Shown: one piece after another, positions 11,706 to 23,627 of the stretch | Layout: every line of letters starts with the position of its first letter | How positions within the stretch are numbered: the first letter of the stretch is position 1 | From: Squalus acanthias | Taxonomy: Eukaryota | Reading direction: 5' to 3' | DNA: 60,000 nucleotides | Assembly (NCBI GenBank): GCA_030390025.1 | Contig: CM059431.1 | Location: 147,128,001 to 147,188,000 of the forward strand | Notes under the pieces: generated by a model | What the model saw: the letters and a program-made list of their open reading frames with translations, nothing else | Database searches by the model: none | Told to the model about the DNA's origin: nothing | Made by a program: the position numbers and the translations under genes

Positions 11706-12348
11706 TTTCTGTGAGAATTGATGAATTCTGTCGTAGCTGAAACACTCTGACTGGCGCACGGCTGAGGCAATGGAAGGGAACCTATATTTATCCTCACATC
11801 AATTCACCAGGGAGTCAATCAGGCTACATCATTATAGCATTAGTTACAGTCATTTAACAAATAGACTCAGGTCAGTATTTTGCTTTTATCTGATACATCG
11901 ACTTCAGGCAAATAGTTGAAATGGTTATCGGACAGTTTAAAAACACATAATTGAACCATTATTTACAAATGGAAAGTGGAATCTCCCAGTACTGATGCTG
12001 AGCCTATTCCTACAGGACGGGTGAAGGCATCTCCCCCTGCAGTAATCGCCCTGACCCGGGCCTCACTCCCAGTGCCCAACTCCTTCCGAACAAGCGGTCA
12101 GTCTAATCCTGACAGCAATCGGGCAGCGTCATAGAGCTTAACCATTTCCTTATATTTCTTTCCGATAAAAAGTATTCCTTGATGTATTTTTCAGTGGTAA
12201 TCTGGTGCGATTTTATTAATACAGCCAACTGGTTTATCAGCTGGAATAAGCCTTTTCATGTGAGTGTCCAGTCCTCCAGCTGGGAGTAACCTGATTTAAA
12301 ATAACTGAAAATAATTTCAGAAACGACACTGAACGTGTTAAAGTTGGT

Positions 12349-13024
12349 GACCGATATGTGGCAATCTGCTGCCGGAAGTTCAAAGCACTTTATTGCACCA
12401 AGAGCACTGTGACCGCCGTTGTTCTATCTGTCTCTGTCTGGACCTATTGAAAGCGGGTCCCCATTTAGCTTTCACGTGAACCTGAGCGAAGAAAGAACAA
12501 TGTACAGTGCGTTTGCCGGATAACTGCGGACTTTCTTACGTTACCCACATGGGCTGCGTGCAACTTGGCCCGTATTATCTCAGTCCCATGGCTTCCCTAC
12601 ATTTTGACGGCACTATTTAATTATTTGACTGTCAGACGTATTTTAGTGGCCCGTAAACCCCGCAGTGACAATCCGGGTTCATGGCAGTGAGGATCAGTCT
12701 GATTCGGAGATTGAGAACCGAAGGAAATCCATCATTATACTCTTCACTATATCCGGCAGTTTTATAGAAACATAGAAACATATACTCTTGTGGATCACAG
12801 CTGCCGTGAGGTTTTAACTACCCGAATGATAACCACCATGTATTCCCAAGGCGATTACACAAGCCCTGTATAGATCGCCACTCAAGCCGGATTTAAGCTG
12901 ATGTATTTGAGTGCCTACAAAAAACACCTGCATTCAGGCAGCGACCCGGAGGAAATTCAGTGAAGAGCTGTAGAATGTGATGCAATCTCCCTGGACACTG
13001 ATTCTGAGATTGTTTAAAGAATGA
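12349..13024 (+). pseudogene. GPR139-like pseudogene, truncated at the DRY motif
   Basis: Translates to DRYVAICCRKFKALYCTKSTVTAVV, PWLPYILTALFNYLTVRRILVA, DSEIENRRKSIIILFTISGSF and RKFSEEL*NVMQSPWTLILR, with several stops and frameshifts. Collinear with the intact gene, and 3' UTR similarity extends to ~13140. Confidence 0.92.
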
Positions 13025-13189
13025 AAAGGAATGAAGTCAAACTAAAGCTTCCTTTTCTAATCTGAGCTCAATCTCAGCCCGTGCTCCAGCGGAGAGGGGC
13101 TTTCTTTCGGGTTGTGACAGAATGGATTGCTCTTGTGTGAAACCTCACAGGTTTCAGAAAACATTTTTTTAACAGAGTCTAAATGCGGG

Positions 13190-13920
13190 AGAAGAGCAAA
13201 GGGGTCTATGGGTACAGATACACAAATCATTGAAAGTAACCAGGCAAGTTAACAATCGTATAAAATGTAAACCAATCACTGGAACTCATTATAAGATAAC
13301 AGGATTCAAAAGCAGAGAAGTTATGTTGAACTAATACAGAACCTTAGTCAGACCACACTGGGATTGCTTTGACCAATTCCTGTATCCATATTACTACACG
13401 GGCATCGAGGCACTTGAGAAGGGGCAACAAGGGTTTACAAGGATGATACCGTAACTGAGAATGTGCAACTATCAGGAATGACTGAACAGGCTGGGATTTT
13501 TTCCTTTGGAAAAGAGAAGGCTGAGGGCTGACCTAATGGATGTCTTTCAATTATGAATGGGTTTGATCGGGTAGACGTAGAGAAGATGTTTCCTCTTGTA
13601 GAGGAGTTCAACAAAAGACGTTTAAAATATAAGATAGTCACTAATAAATCCAGTAGGAAATTCAGGAAAAGCTTCTTTACCCAGAGATATTAGAATGTGG
13701 AACTTGCTACCACATGGAGTCATCGAGCAGAATAGAATAGATGCATTTAAGGGGAAACTAGAAAAATCCTTGGGGGAGAAAGGAACAGGAGGATGTGCTG
13801 AAAGGGTTGGATGATGTCGGGTGGGAGTAGGCTTTTCTGTAGAATAAAAATCGGCATAGATACGTTGAACGGACTGTCCTGTCCTGTCCTTTAATTTCTA
13901 GGTATTTCTATGTAACTTCT
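13190..13920 (+). mobile_element. CR1 LINE 3' fragment
   Basis: ttagtcagaccacactgg, gagaaggctgagggctgacctaat and a 3' tail tttctatgt. Confidence 0.8.
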
Positions 13921-15794
13921 TCTGTTTTGCTGGAGCTGTTTGACATCTGCTTTCCTAGCGTTTTCTCGCTTCTTTCGTCGACTGATCATAATTTTTTCTG
14001 GTAAATCAGCATCTTTTAACCTGAACATTCAAAGAAAACAGTCATGATTGAGCTTCAGCTGTGCAGTAGAAAACGTGAGCATCAGTTTCATCTGCCTCAC
14101 ACCGCAGGTCCTGGAATAAAACATGGCAGATTCATTGATGAATACAACTTTCATTAGTGCAGAAAATATCAGGGGCCTTTCATCGTAAGTATTTGTCACT
14201 GTTCTGGATGTTTAGTGAGAATGATGCAGACTCCGGTCTCCTCATCAGATCCCATTGTCTCCTGGACCAATAGAACGGGGCCCTGTCTCCGGATCAGTGT
14301 CTAATGATGGAGAGAATAGAGAATTAAACCGCCAATGTGATGTCAGTCATCTCTGTTTACAGGTACTTACTTAAAATGAAAATTTATTATTGGAAAATGA
14401 AGGTTGCGTGTGATTGGCTCTGCCGCTAGCGGCTAAATGAATCCTGATTGATATTCCGGCCTGAGTCAGTCTTCCAAATAAAATTGTTCAAATATGTAAA
14501 ATAAGAATGAATTAATGTAAAATTAATCGTGTCGACATTTGAGGCAACAGATTTGCAAAAAAATACTATAAAAATTCCGATATCAGTTTGATGTTAAGCA
14601 GTCGGAGTTTACCTGAACCTTTATATGTCACATATAAAGGATATTTGTGGAGTTTTGTTTGATCTCCTGGACAGACATTGTTACAACTAATTCCGAACAT
14701 GTCACCAGTTTGAATCAGTTGCAATTTGTTCACAGTTGTTCTACCCTGACATTCTGGTATGAATAACAAGGGGTGGGCACAAGGTCCTAATGGAAAGAAA
14801 GGCGAGGATGAACAGCGAGACCTGGGGATTCAAAGACTTCATTCCCTGACAGTACGGGTACAGAGAGTAAATCCACAATAAAATCAGCAGGGATTCGAGT
14901 TTAACAGAGAGGGACATTGAGCGCAACAGTAACAAGGAATAATTGGTTCGACCACAGTAAGAAAGCGAGCTGCAGCTTTGGCCGCCTCACCATAATTCAG
15001 CCCAAAGAGAGGCACTTCCCAGAATGCTGTTAACGTCCCGCGGAGTCTCTCTGTTACACTACAGGCAACGTCCTGTCCTCACTGAGTTACACTGTCCGGC
15101 TCTACCAGTGGAACTCACTGCGGGAATTGGTACCTGGTCATTCTGTCACCTCACACTGCATCTTCAGTCATCTCAGAACATGGACCATCCCCACAGATCA
15201 CAGCAGGTGCAGAGTAAAAATAGCGCGATATCAATTAACAGTTTGAGGATTGTAAGCAATTCGATTCTGACCACAAAAGATGATTTGCAACTACAAATCT
15301 GTTTATTGTGTTCGACCAAGTCCAGTTACACATATAGGCCCTGAATTAGCGGTAGTAATGACGGCGAGGCTGCCAGCCCTGGCCATTGCTGCTGGGTAAA
15401 ACTGAAGGCAACTTCTGGCGTCCGCACATGCGCAGTTCAACAAGGAAATCCAGAAGCTGCTGTCAGAGATACTCGGCTCCAACACAGGGAGCGCTGTTGC
15501 AGTCTTCTCCGATGGAATTAACACAGAAATCCGTGTTAAAGTGTGAACTTAAACTAATTATCCACTGTTCTCTGTCGAAATACCGATGAAAAGTTCAGCA
15601 GGCCAAGCTCTGCAGAGCGGAGATTGGAGCCTTCTGTCCGTTTAATGTTCACTCACCAACCTTAAGATACGACCTGTAATCCTGTTCCAGTCTCCATAAT
15701 CATTTATTTCAGTTTCACAGGAGGCCGTTTAGCTTATTGAACCGCGACCAGCAGGATCACGGAGGGCAGATTGCTGTCAGCATCAGCTCCCGGG

Positions 15795-16710
15795 GAATGT
15801 ATTGAACCGAGTCATAATACAGGGGATTGTCCGGGATATAAACCCCAGGGACTGTACTGAACCGGCTCATAATACAGGGGATTTTCTGGGATATAAACTC
15901 CAGGGATTGTGCTGAACCGGTTCATAATACAGGGGATTGTCGGGGATAGAAACCTCAGGGACTGTACTGAACCTGCTCATAATACAGGGGATTGGCTGGG
16001 AAATAAACCCCAGGGACTATACTGAAACGGCTCATAATACAGGGGATTGGCCGGGATATAAACCCCAGGGACTGTACTGAACCGGCTCATAATACAGGGG
16101 ATGATCGGGGATATAAACTACAGTGAATTTAATGAACAGTGTCAAAATACAGGGGATCGTCCAGGATATAAAACCCAGGGACTGTACTGAACGGGCTCAT
16201 AATACAGGGGATGGACTGGGGTATAAACCCCAGGTGATTGTACTGAACCGGGTCATAATACAGGGGATGGTCGAGGATATAAACCCCAGGGACTGTACTG
16301 AACAGGGTCCCAATACATGGGATGGACTGGGATATAAACCACAGAGGAATATACTGAACCGGGCCATAATACAGACCGGGATATAACCTCCAAGAGAAAG
16401 TATCAATCCTGGCCATAATACAGGTGATGGTCGTGGATATCAACCTCAGCGGAAAGTATTGAACAGGGTCATAATAAAGGGGATGGTCAGGGATATAAAC
16501 CCCAGGGGAATATACTGAACGGGCCATAATACAGGGGATTGTGCGGAATATAAACCCCTGTGACTGTACTGAACTGGGCAATAAAATAACGGATGGCCTG
16601 GGATATAAACCCGAGGGGAATGTACTGAACAGGGCAATAAAACACCCGATGGTCCGGGATATAAACACCAGGGAATGTATTGAACTGGGTAATAATACAG
16701 GGATGGTCCC
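15795..16710. repeat. 55-bp minisatellite, ~16 copies
   Basis: Unit ataaaccccagggactgtactgaaccggctcataatacaggggattgtccgggat. Confidence 0.95.
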
Positions 16711-17349
16711 GGCTTGGAGGTTTGTGTGGGTTTTTCTGCAGTTTGTAGAAAAAATGTTGTTCTTCTGCCAACATGAGTGAAAATGCGGAAGTTTCAGGTG
16801 CCTGGGCATCAACTGTGAGGAAAAACACCAAACTAAACCATAGCCCCGGTGCTGATGGCTTTGAGAGATGCGGGAGTTAGAATGAAACGACAGGAATTAC
16901 AACAAATGGATTCATTATATTTTGTTTCAATAATGAATTACAAGAGTATTTCAATTAATGGCAAGCAAGTAGCACAACCTATTTCCACCGCGAAGTCCCG
17001 TTCAAGCTGATCAATCTGTGTATGTTTCATGGAATATCGTTACAGTGAAAGGAATTCCGACTATCCACGGGAGCACACTAACTTTTGGAGGGAAAATATT
17101 CTACTCTTATACTATTCGGCTACCTTGGGCTGCACAAACTATAACAATATTCCACCAAACTGATGCCACACTTGACATGTTTACATCACGTTTAATCCTT
17201 TAGGACTCTAACTCTCCCCATAATCATTGTTTATTGTACAGTAATGCGTGGGTCAATCTTTCTCTTTTATTGTGGTATCTGGTGTCTTAGCTACTCGTCC
17301 CATTTCAATTTCCGTGATGACTGCAGGCATCAGGAATGATAAAATAATA

Positions 17350-17710
17350 AAACATTATAAACTACAGAAATATCCCATTGTGCTGCATTGATCACCACAG
17401 ACATGGGGAACTGTAAAATATTAAAAACTACAAGTAAACCCAATTGTAATATTTATCACTTCAGGCATAGGGAATTGTAATATATTAAAACTACAGGTTT
17501 ATCCATTTGTAATATTGATCACCGCAGACACGGGGAATTGCAATATATTAAAACTACAGGTATACCCAATGTAATATTGATCACCACAGACATGGGGAAT
17601 TGCAATATATTAAAACTACAGCTATATCCAATGCAATATTGATCACACAGATATGGGGAAATGTAACATATTCAAACTACAGGTATATCCAATGTAATAT
17701 TAATCACCTT
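17350..17710. repeat. ~62-bp AT-rich minisatellite, ~6 copies
   Basis: Unit ~tgatcaccacagacatggggaattgcaatatattaaaactacaggtatacccaatgtaatat. Confidence 0.9.
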
Positions 17711-17879
17711 CTAGCAAGGGCCTGAATGAAAGGCAACAGGTGAACTGTATTTATTTGAGGGATTTTCGTGAGTGAGCGAGCCTGGGGAATAGCTTGAAAC
17801 ATTCTGATACATGACACTGTTGAGTCGTCTTAACTTACCAGGTTCCATTTCCCGGACAAGCCCAGTGTCACTCTCGAGT

Positions 17880-18090
17880 CTGACGATCGTAGCTTCAGGA
17901 TCCACACCAAGGTTTTGAGCACATAATCGGAAATGACTGAGGGAGTGCTGCATTGTCGAATGTGTCGTCTTTCGAATGAAAAAAGCAATCCAGGTCCCCT
18001 CTGCCTCTACAAGTAGAAGGGAAATATCGCACGGCTCTACTGAAGGAAGAGTAGAGGACTCTTCCCAATACCTTGGCCTACATTGAGATA
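17880..18090 (+). mobile_element. Deu-domain SINE fragment
   Basis: ttgagcacataatc...actgagggagtgctgcattgtcgaatgtgtcgtctttcgaatg matches the core of the 6957-7392 element. Confidence 0.6.
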
Positions 18091-18214
18091 TCTTAAAAAT
18101 TTAATAGTAGATTATACGCTCTCTATTTTTCTTTAAGTGCCCACGTCTTTCTAATTTTCCCCAGCATCACCACAGGTCAGTGTCTGACCCGGATATTCAG
18201 GGCCCCGCCCGCCT

Positions 18215-18915
18215 GAAATAATCACTGAAAGTTAACATGCAGGTACAGCAAGCAATTAAGAAAGCAAATGGTATGTTGGCGTGTATTATAACAGGATAAG
18301 AGTAAAGACGTCTTACTGTAATTATAAAGGGCCCTGTTGAGACCACACCTGGAGTACTGTGTACAGGTTTACTCTCCTTACCTAAGGAAGGATATACTTG
18401 CCTTGGAGGGAGTGCAACGAAGTTTCACGAGACTGGTTCCTGGGATGGGGGGATTGTCCAATAAGGACAGATTGAGTAGACTAGGCCTATATTCTCTTGA
18501 GTTTAGAAGAATGATAGGTGATTTCATTGAAACTTACACAATTCTTACAGGGATTGAAAAGTTAGATCCAGAGAGGATGTTTCTCCTGGCTGGGGAGTCT
18601 AGAACCAGAGGTCACAGTCTCAGAATAAGGGGTCGGTGATTGAGGACTGAGATGATGAGAAATTTCTTAATTCAGAGGCTAGCGATTCTTTGGTATTCTC
18701 TACCCCAGAGGGCTGTGGAGACTCAATCGTTGAGCATATACAAGACAGAGATCGATAGATTTTTGGATATTAAGGTAATCTAGGTATACGGTGGTAGTGC
18801 AGGAAAGTGGAAATTGAGGTCCAAAATTAGCCATGATCTTATTGAATGGCGGAGCAGGCTCGAGGGGCTGAAAGGCCTACTCCTGCTCCCATTTCTTTCC
18901 GTCTTATGTTCTTAT
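18215..18915 (+). mobile_element. CR1 LINE 3' end
   Basis: ORF 18337-18639 RPHLEYCVQ...RTRGHSLRIRG, followed by a 3' UTR and cttatgtt tail. Confidence 0.92.
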
Positions 18916-19334
18916 GTAGATATGTACTTGCCCTACAAGTCAGTGTCGGCCACGGATATTCAGGGATCCGCCCGAGTAGCTCGCAGGTAGATATTTACTT
19001 GCCCTGCAGGTCAGTGTCTATCCCTGATATTCAGTATCCCGCTCGCCCAAGAGGCTCACAGCAATACATGAAGTGGCCCTACATGTCAGGCCTTTCGCAT
19101 GATTTCGCCTACCTCGCTGCTGAATCCAGTCCGCTTTCCAAAATTATTTTACGCTGATTGGCTTGTTAAGCCCGCCCAGCGCATTTCCGCCCAATTGAAG
19201 GAAGCGTTGTTGATGACGTCATTTAATGACATGTCATCAAACTGTTTTCTGAAATGGACCTTGCACAACTTGATTTTGACAGATGTGCTGTTCGTGTTCT
19301 ACTGCATTGAAGTGGGGCAAACACTGAAAATCAC

Positions 19335-19575
19335 TGCACAGAGGTGCACGGCTGCACCCAGGCCCTATTATGACTCCATACATATGCTTATAGAGGAAGT
19401 CACAGCACGCAGGGAGATCCTCTTCGCTTCCAATGGGCGGTAGAGTCCTCCCCAGGATATCAACGCAGCCTGGTTGCACATTGCACAGAAGGGCACAAGC
19501 AGGGCTGTCGTCAGGAGGACTAGGCTGCAGTGGGGCAAACCTTTCAATGTTCTCAGCAGATCACGAACCGTTACT
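19335..19575 (+). pseudogene. Myb/SANT-like (trihelix, Myb_DNA-bind_5-type) DNA-binding domain remnant
   Basis: A single frame reads AQRCTAAPRPYYDSIHMLIEEVTARREILFASNGR*SPPQDINAAWLHIAQKGTSRAVVRRTRLQWGKPFNVLSR, with one in-frame TAG at 19441. Confidence 0.7.
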
Positions 19576-19789
19576 GCAAAGTCACACTCAAACTCATCCT
19601 GCTGTGCCACTCATCACATCCCCATCCCTCTGCCTTCCCTACCTTACTCCTGCACATCTTTACTCACACCAACTTACCTTGCACCTCCACCCATCACTCT
19701 CTATCTACATTATCACGTCCCATCTCACTAGGCACACCTCACATTCACCCTCGTCCTAGCCCAATCATACCAACTAACAACAAACAAGC

Positions 19790-22700
19790 GTAGGTACTTA
19801 TGTGTTTAAACAATGCTCATGTGAAGATTCTGTTCATGCGCTGTCAAACATTGAAATCTTTATTTTCAAAACCTTGCATTCTTGGACAGATTTTTGTGCA
19901 CCTTTGGAAGTGGCTTAGTGAGTTGCAGTGAATGGTGAGATATAATGGTACCCCCGCCCCCACCGCAATGGTGATGAGTGTGAAAGGAATGGATTGGCCA
20001 TTGTACGGATGCTTTATGGTGGTGTTGTGGGATGGTGACAACCTGGTGCATCATATGGCAGCCACGGTGTTCAGCGTCAAGTTAAGTAAATCTGCCCATG
20101 GTGAGGTCATCCCTGGCGTCCCGGGCAGCAAAGTAGTCGGGGGCTGATGCCCTGTGCTTCATAAGGAAATTGCGGAGAATGCTGGTGTTAAGAACAAAAA
20201 TAGTAAGAAATAGGAGCAGGAGTAGGCCATTCGGCCCCTCGAGTCTGCTCCACCATTCAATAAGATCATGGGTGATCAACGACCTCAACTCCACTTTCCC
20301 GCCCGATCTCCATATCACTTGATTCCCCTAGAGTCCAACAATCTATCTAACTCAGCCTTGAATATACTCAGACTCAGCATTCACAGCCCTCTGGGGAACA
20401 GAATTCTAAATATTCACAACGGTGTGAGTGAAGAAATTCCTCCTCATCTCAGTCTTAATTGGGATACCTCTTATCCTGATAGTATGTCCCCTAGTTCTAG
20501 AAACTCCAACCAGGGGAATCATCCTCTCAGCATCTACCCTGACAATCCACTTCAGAATCTTGCATGATTCAATGAGATCACCTCTCATTCTTCTGAACTC
20601 CAGAGAGTACAGGCCCATTCTATACAATTTCTCATCAGAGGACAGCCCTCTTATCCCAGGAATCAATCTAGTAAACCTTCGTTGCACCGCCTCCAAGGCA
20701 AATATATAATTCCTTAGATGAGGTGAACTAAACTGTGCACAGTACTCCAGGTGTGGTCTCATGAAGGACCTGTGCAATTATAGCTAGACGTCCTTACTCT
20801 TATACTCCAACCCCCTTGCAATAAAGGCCTACATGCCATTTGCCTTCCTTATTGATTGCTGTAGCTGCATGCTAGCTTTCCGTGTTTCTTGCACGAGGAC
20901 ACCCAAATCTCTCTGAACACCAACATTTGAAAGTTTCTCACCATTTTTTTTTCTGTTTTTCTATTAAAACATTCTTCCTTTCAAAGTGAAGTGTCGCGTG
21001 GTACTGCTGGTATTCCTGATACTGCTGGTGTTGGGGCTGATCGTGGTGGGATTCTGAATACAAAGTTGAGCTAGTTTCAATGCCACTGCTGCTGATATAA
21101 TAGATGGCAGGTGACGTTCAGATGACAGAAGCGATCTGTCAATGGTGAGTGAGGTTGTTTCAATGAGGTGACACTGGATACAGCGATTATTGCCAACACT
21201 CGCCAGCTGCATAAAGCTCAATTTGTTTTCCAAACACAGTAAGCAACAGCTTCTGAGCTTGGAAAGTGAACAGCTCTGAATAGGGATCTTTTATCGCACA
21301 TTTGCAGCTGTCAAGTAAAGAGATCTTTTCATTGGTAACTCAACTCCCGTCGTCCTTTGCTGACGTGATCCCGAGCAGCGTAAAACCTGTGGGCGACCTG
21401 GTAAACTCTGAAGGTGAGCTCAAAATTATTTTTAAGTGGCTCTTAATAAGGTCATAATGACCTAAATTGCCTCCCCCGCCGCTGCGTGTCGGGTCTGTTC
21501 AGAGTTGACAGAGTCGACTTCAGGGAAAGTCGCTTGGCGGCGGGTTGACAAAAAAAATCCCACCGGCCCGACACCAAATGCGCCCGCTAACCCAGCGAAA
21601 AATGCCCCCCTCAGTGTATTCAGGATCCCGCCCGCCGAGTAGCTCCCAGGTCGCCATGTACTGGTCCATGGAGCACAGGGAATTGTTTGAAATTCACTGA
21701 TCTCAGGTTACACCTGGCGATTAGCGCCAGCTCCAGATGTGCGGGGGTTCGGGTGCTGCACAGCCAGGACCACAGAATCCAATCTCCCGCCCATAATGAC
21801 AATATTAGGGGTCCGGTAGCACAGTGGTTCTGTTACTGTCCTAGTAATCCAGAGGCCCGGAGTAAAGATCCGGAGACACGCGGTCTCGGTGTTGTCCTGA
21901 TACAGCTCCGTGCCTCGGCCGAGGGTTCTTGTTATTAAACTGAGAGCGGTGTTTGTCCCCATACTTTCTAGATTTACTTCCCAGCTCTTTCAACACAGTC
22001 ACGCGATTATTGTGTTCATCTTATTCCAATAGGACATAAAAACAAGATGTTTCAATTCATTAAACAGGAACTGGAGTTTCATGAAATGACCTGTAAATTC
22101 AAATGATATAACATTCCGATGTGTAAAGAAGATGACTGAAAAATGTTTTGCAATCGAATTCAGTATTTTAGCAGCAATTCAAATGATCACTGTTAACAGT
22201 AACAGATTTCGATGATTTAGTCAATTAGATTTTCAGAGGTGACGGGTCTATTTCTAACAATGTGACTATTTTATCGATGTATTTCTGTAGATGCGGCGCT
22301 GCTTAATATTCTGCATAGCAGGAACTGACGGTGGATTCAGTAAACCCGCACTGTCAGGTCTGGTGGAGTAAAAAATCCGTTATTGGAATCGCAGCTTCAT
22401 GGTTAGAAACACTGGCTGAATATTCATGGTTAATGTTCTGAACTAAACTCCGATCATGTGATGCTGGTTTTGTTACTTCCGTTTTCAGTTAGTTTCAGTG
22501 AGTGATTTCCTCAGTCGCCAGGGTAACAAACTGTCAGATCTCAGCACAAGAGGCGTTGGCTCCAATTTAGATCCGAAAAACCGTGAAACAGTCAGTGTCA
22601 ACTCCTGTTTGTGTGTATTCGGCAGTCCAGGAGTAGGGACGTCTTCTGCATTAATTTTAATACAATGGCCATCACATTAAAATAAGATTATAAAGCTGTT

Positions 22701-23292
22701 GTGTTGGAGCAGTAGTTTATATGGATACACATAATTCGTAATACTTCCTCTTGCCATGATTTAATAATGATTCTTATATTGATAAATCCTGTTTCAACCA
22801 CTTTTTTCAACGGAGAGCATTGCTCCAGGTGTTCGCACATGTTCCAACATTTGCTTATGTTCGCCTGCCGTTCTAACCTTTTCCTATAAACTCAGTGAAA
22901 AGACATTCCAGTTCCTCAGTTGGAGTTTGAGCAATGGCATCGAGATTCATCAGTAATGAATTAATTCTTGTTTTTAAAGCACACATTCTGTAACGTTCAC
23001 ATTTACTGTTGGCCCAACTATTCTCTTGTCACATTCATTTCCTGTTACACCTCAGATATCACAGTTCTAGTGAATCCTTTCACTCGTTCCAAATGTCAGT
23101 GGATCTGCGAGTTCTAATTACGGGAGAAACGTTTCTTCACCTTACAACTGTTTAGAGAGAGACGTTATGCGATAGAATATTAATATTGCTTCCAGATAAT
23201 TAACACATGAGAGAAGTACCGGACAATACAAGACAAAAGACAGATAGGATCAATTGGAAGCGATTCCGTTCCTCAATCCTGTTCCGCCAATA
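19790..23292 (+). repeat. Segmental duplication copy 1 (paralog of 26310-29005)
   Basis: Collinear shared strings include gctgtcaaacatt, gggttgacaaaaaaaatcccac, ttattaaactgagagcggtgtttgtccc and tcaatcctgttccgccaata. Confidence 0.9.
20190..20990 (-). mobile_element. CR1 3' end inserted in the Harbinger-like remnant
   Basis: ORF 20406-20777 RPHLEYCAQF...RRNFFTHTVVN. It is absent from the paralogous copy near 26700. Confidence 0.9.
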
Positions 23293-23480
23293 ACTCAGGT
23301 GAGAACTGGCATTCGATAAGGTGCCGCACAACAAGTTATTAAACAAAATTAGGGCTCATGGGATAGGGGGGTAAAATACGAATCTGGATTGAGAATTGGC
23401 TAACGGACAGAAAAGAGAGAGTAGGAATAAACGGGTCCTTTTCGGGTTGGCAGGCTGTAACATAGAAAGTCATCGAGTTA

Positions 23481-23627
23481 TTTCATCCCCTCCCCATTTC
23501 CTAGTCCCAAACCTGCTGTTTTCCAGTTCTGAAGAAAGGTCATCGAGCTGAAACGTTAACTCTGTTTCTCTCTTCACAGATGCTGACTGACCTGCTCTGT
23601 GTCTCAAGCATTTTCTGTTTTTATTTT
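23481..23627 (+). mobile_element. Penelope terminal-repeat fragment containing a hammerhead motif (23523-23564)
   Basis: Reverse-complement homolog of 296-420: ccagttCTGAAGAaaggtcatcgagctGAAAcgttaactctg. Confidence 0.8.

Larger units (their letters stand above)
19080..21610 (+). mobile_element. PIF/Harbinger-like DNA transposon remnant carrying a Myb/SANT-like exon (strand given is that of the Myb ORF)
   Basis: A Myb-like reading frame lies at ~19335-19575 and a GC-rich terminus ends cgaaaaatgcccccc at ~21610. The element interrupts a 70-bp repeat, and its right part recurs at 26310-27320. No transposase was recognised. Confidence 0.6.

Noticed and set aside
11781..11791. TATA-like TAAATATAG upstream of the GPCR on the minus strand
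   Set aside because: Weak match in AT-rich sequence and no TSS evidence.
14000..15780. Unique-looking region with short ORFs (15024-15344 etc.)
   Set aside because: No domain or consistent exon chain could be supported by eye. Only faint similarity to 34050-34400 and ~35640.
15795..16710. 55-bp array as a CRISPR array, or ORFs 16129-16812 etc. as genes
   Set aside because: Units are contiguous with no unique spacers, the context is vertebrate with no cas genes, and the ORFs are by-products of the repeat.
21808..21880. tRNA-like sequence gtccggtagcacagtggtt (also ~27533)
   Set aside because: A-box only, with no B box or cloverleaf. Treated as a truncated SINE head.
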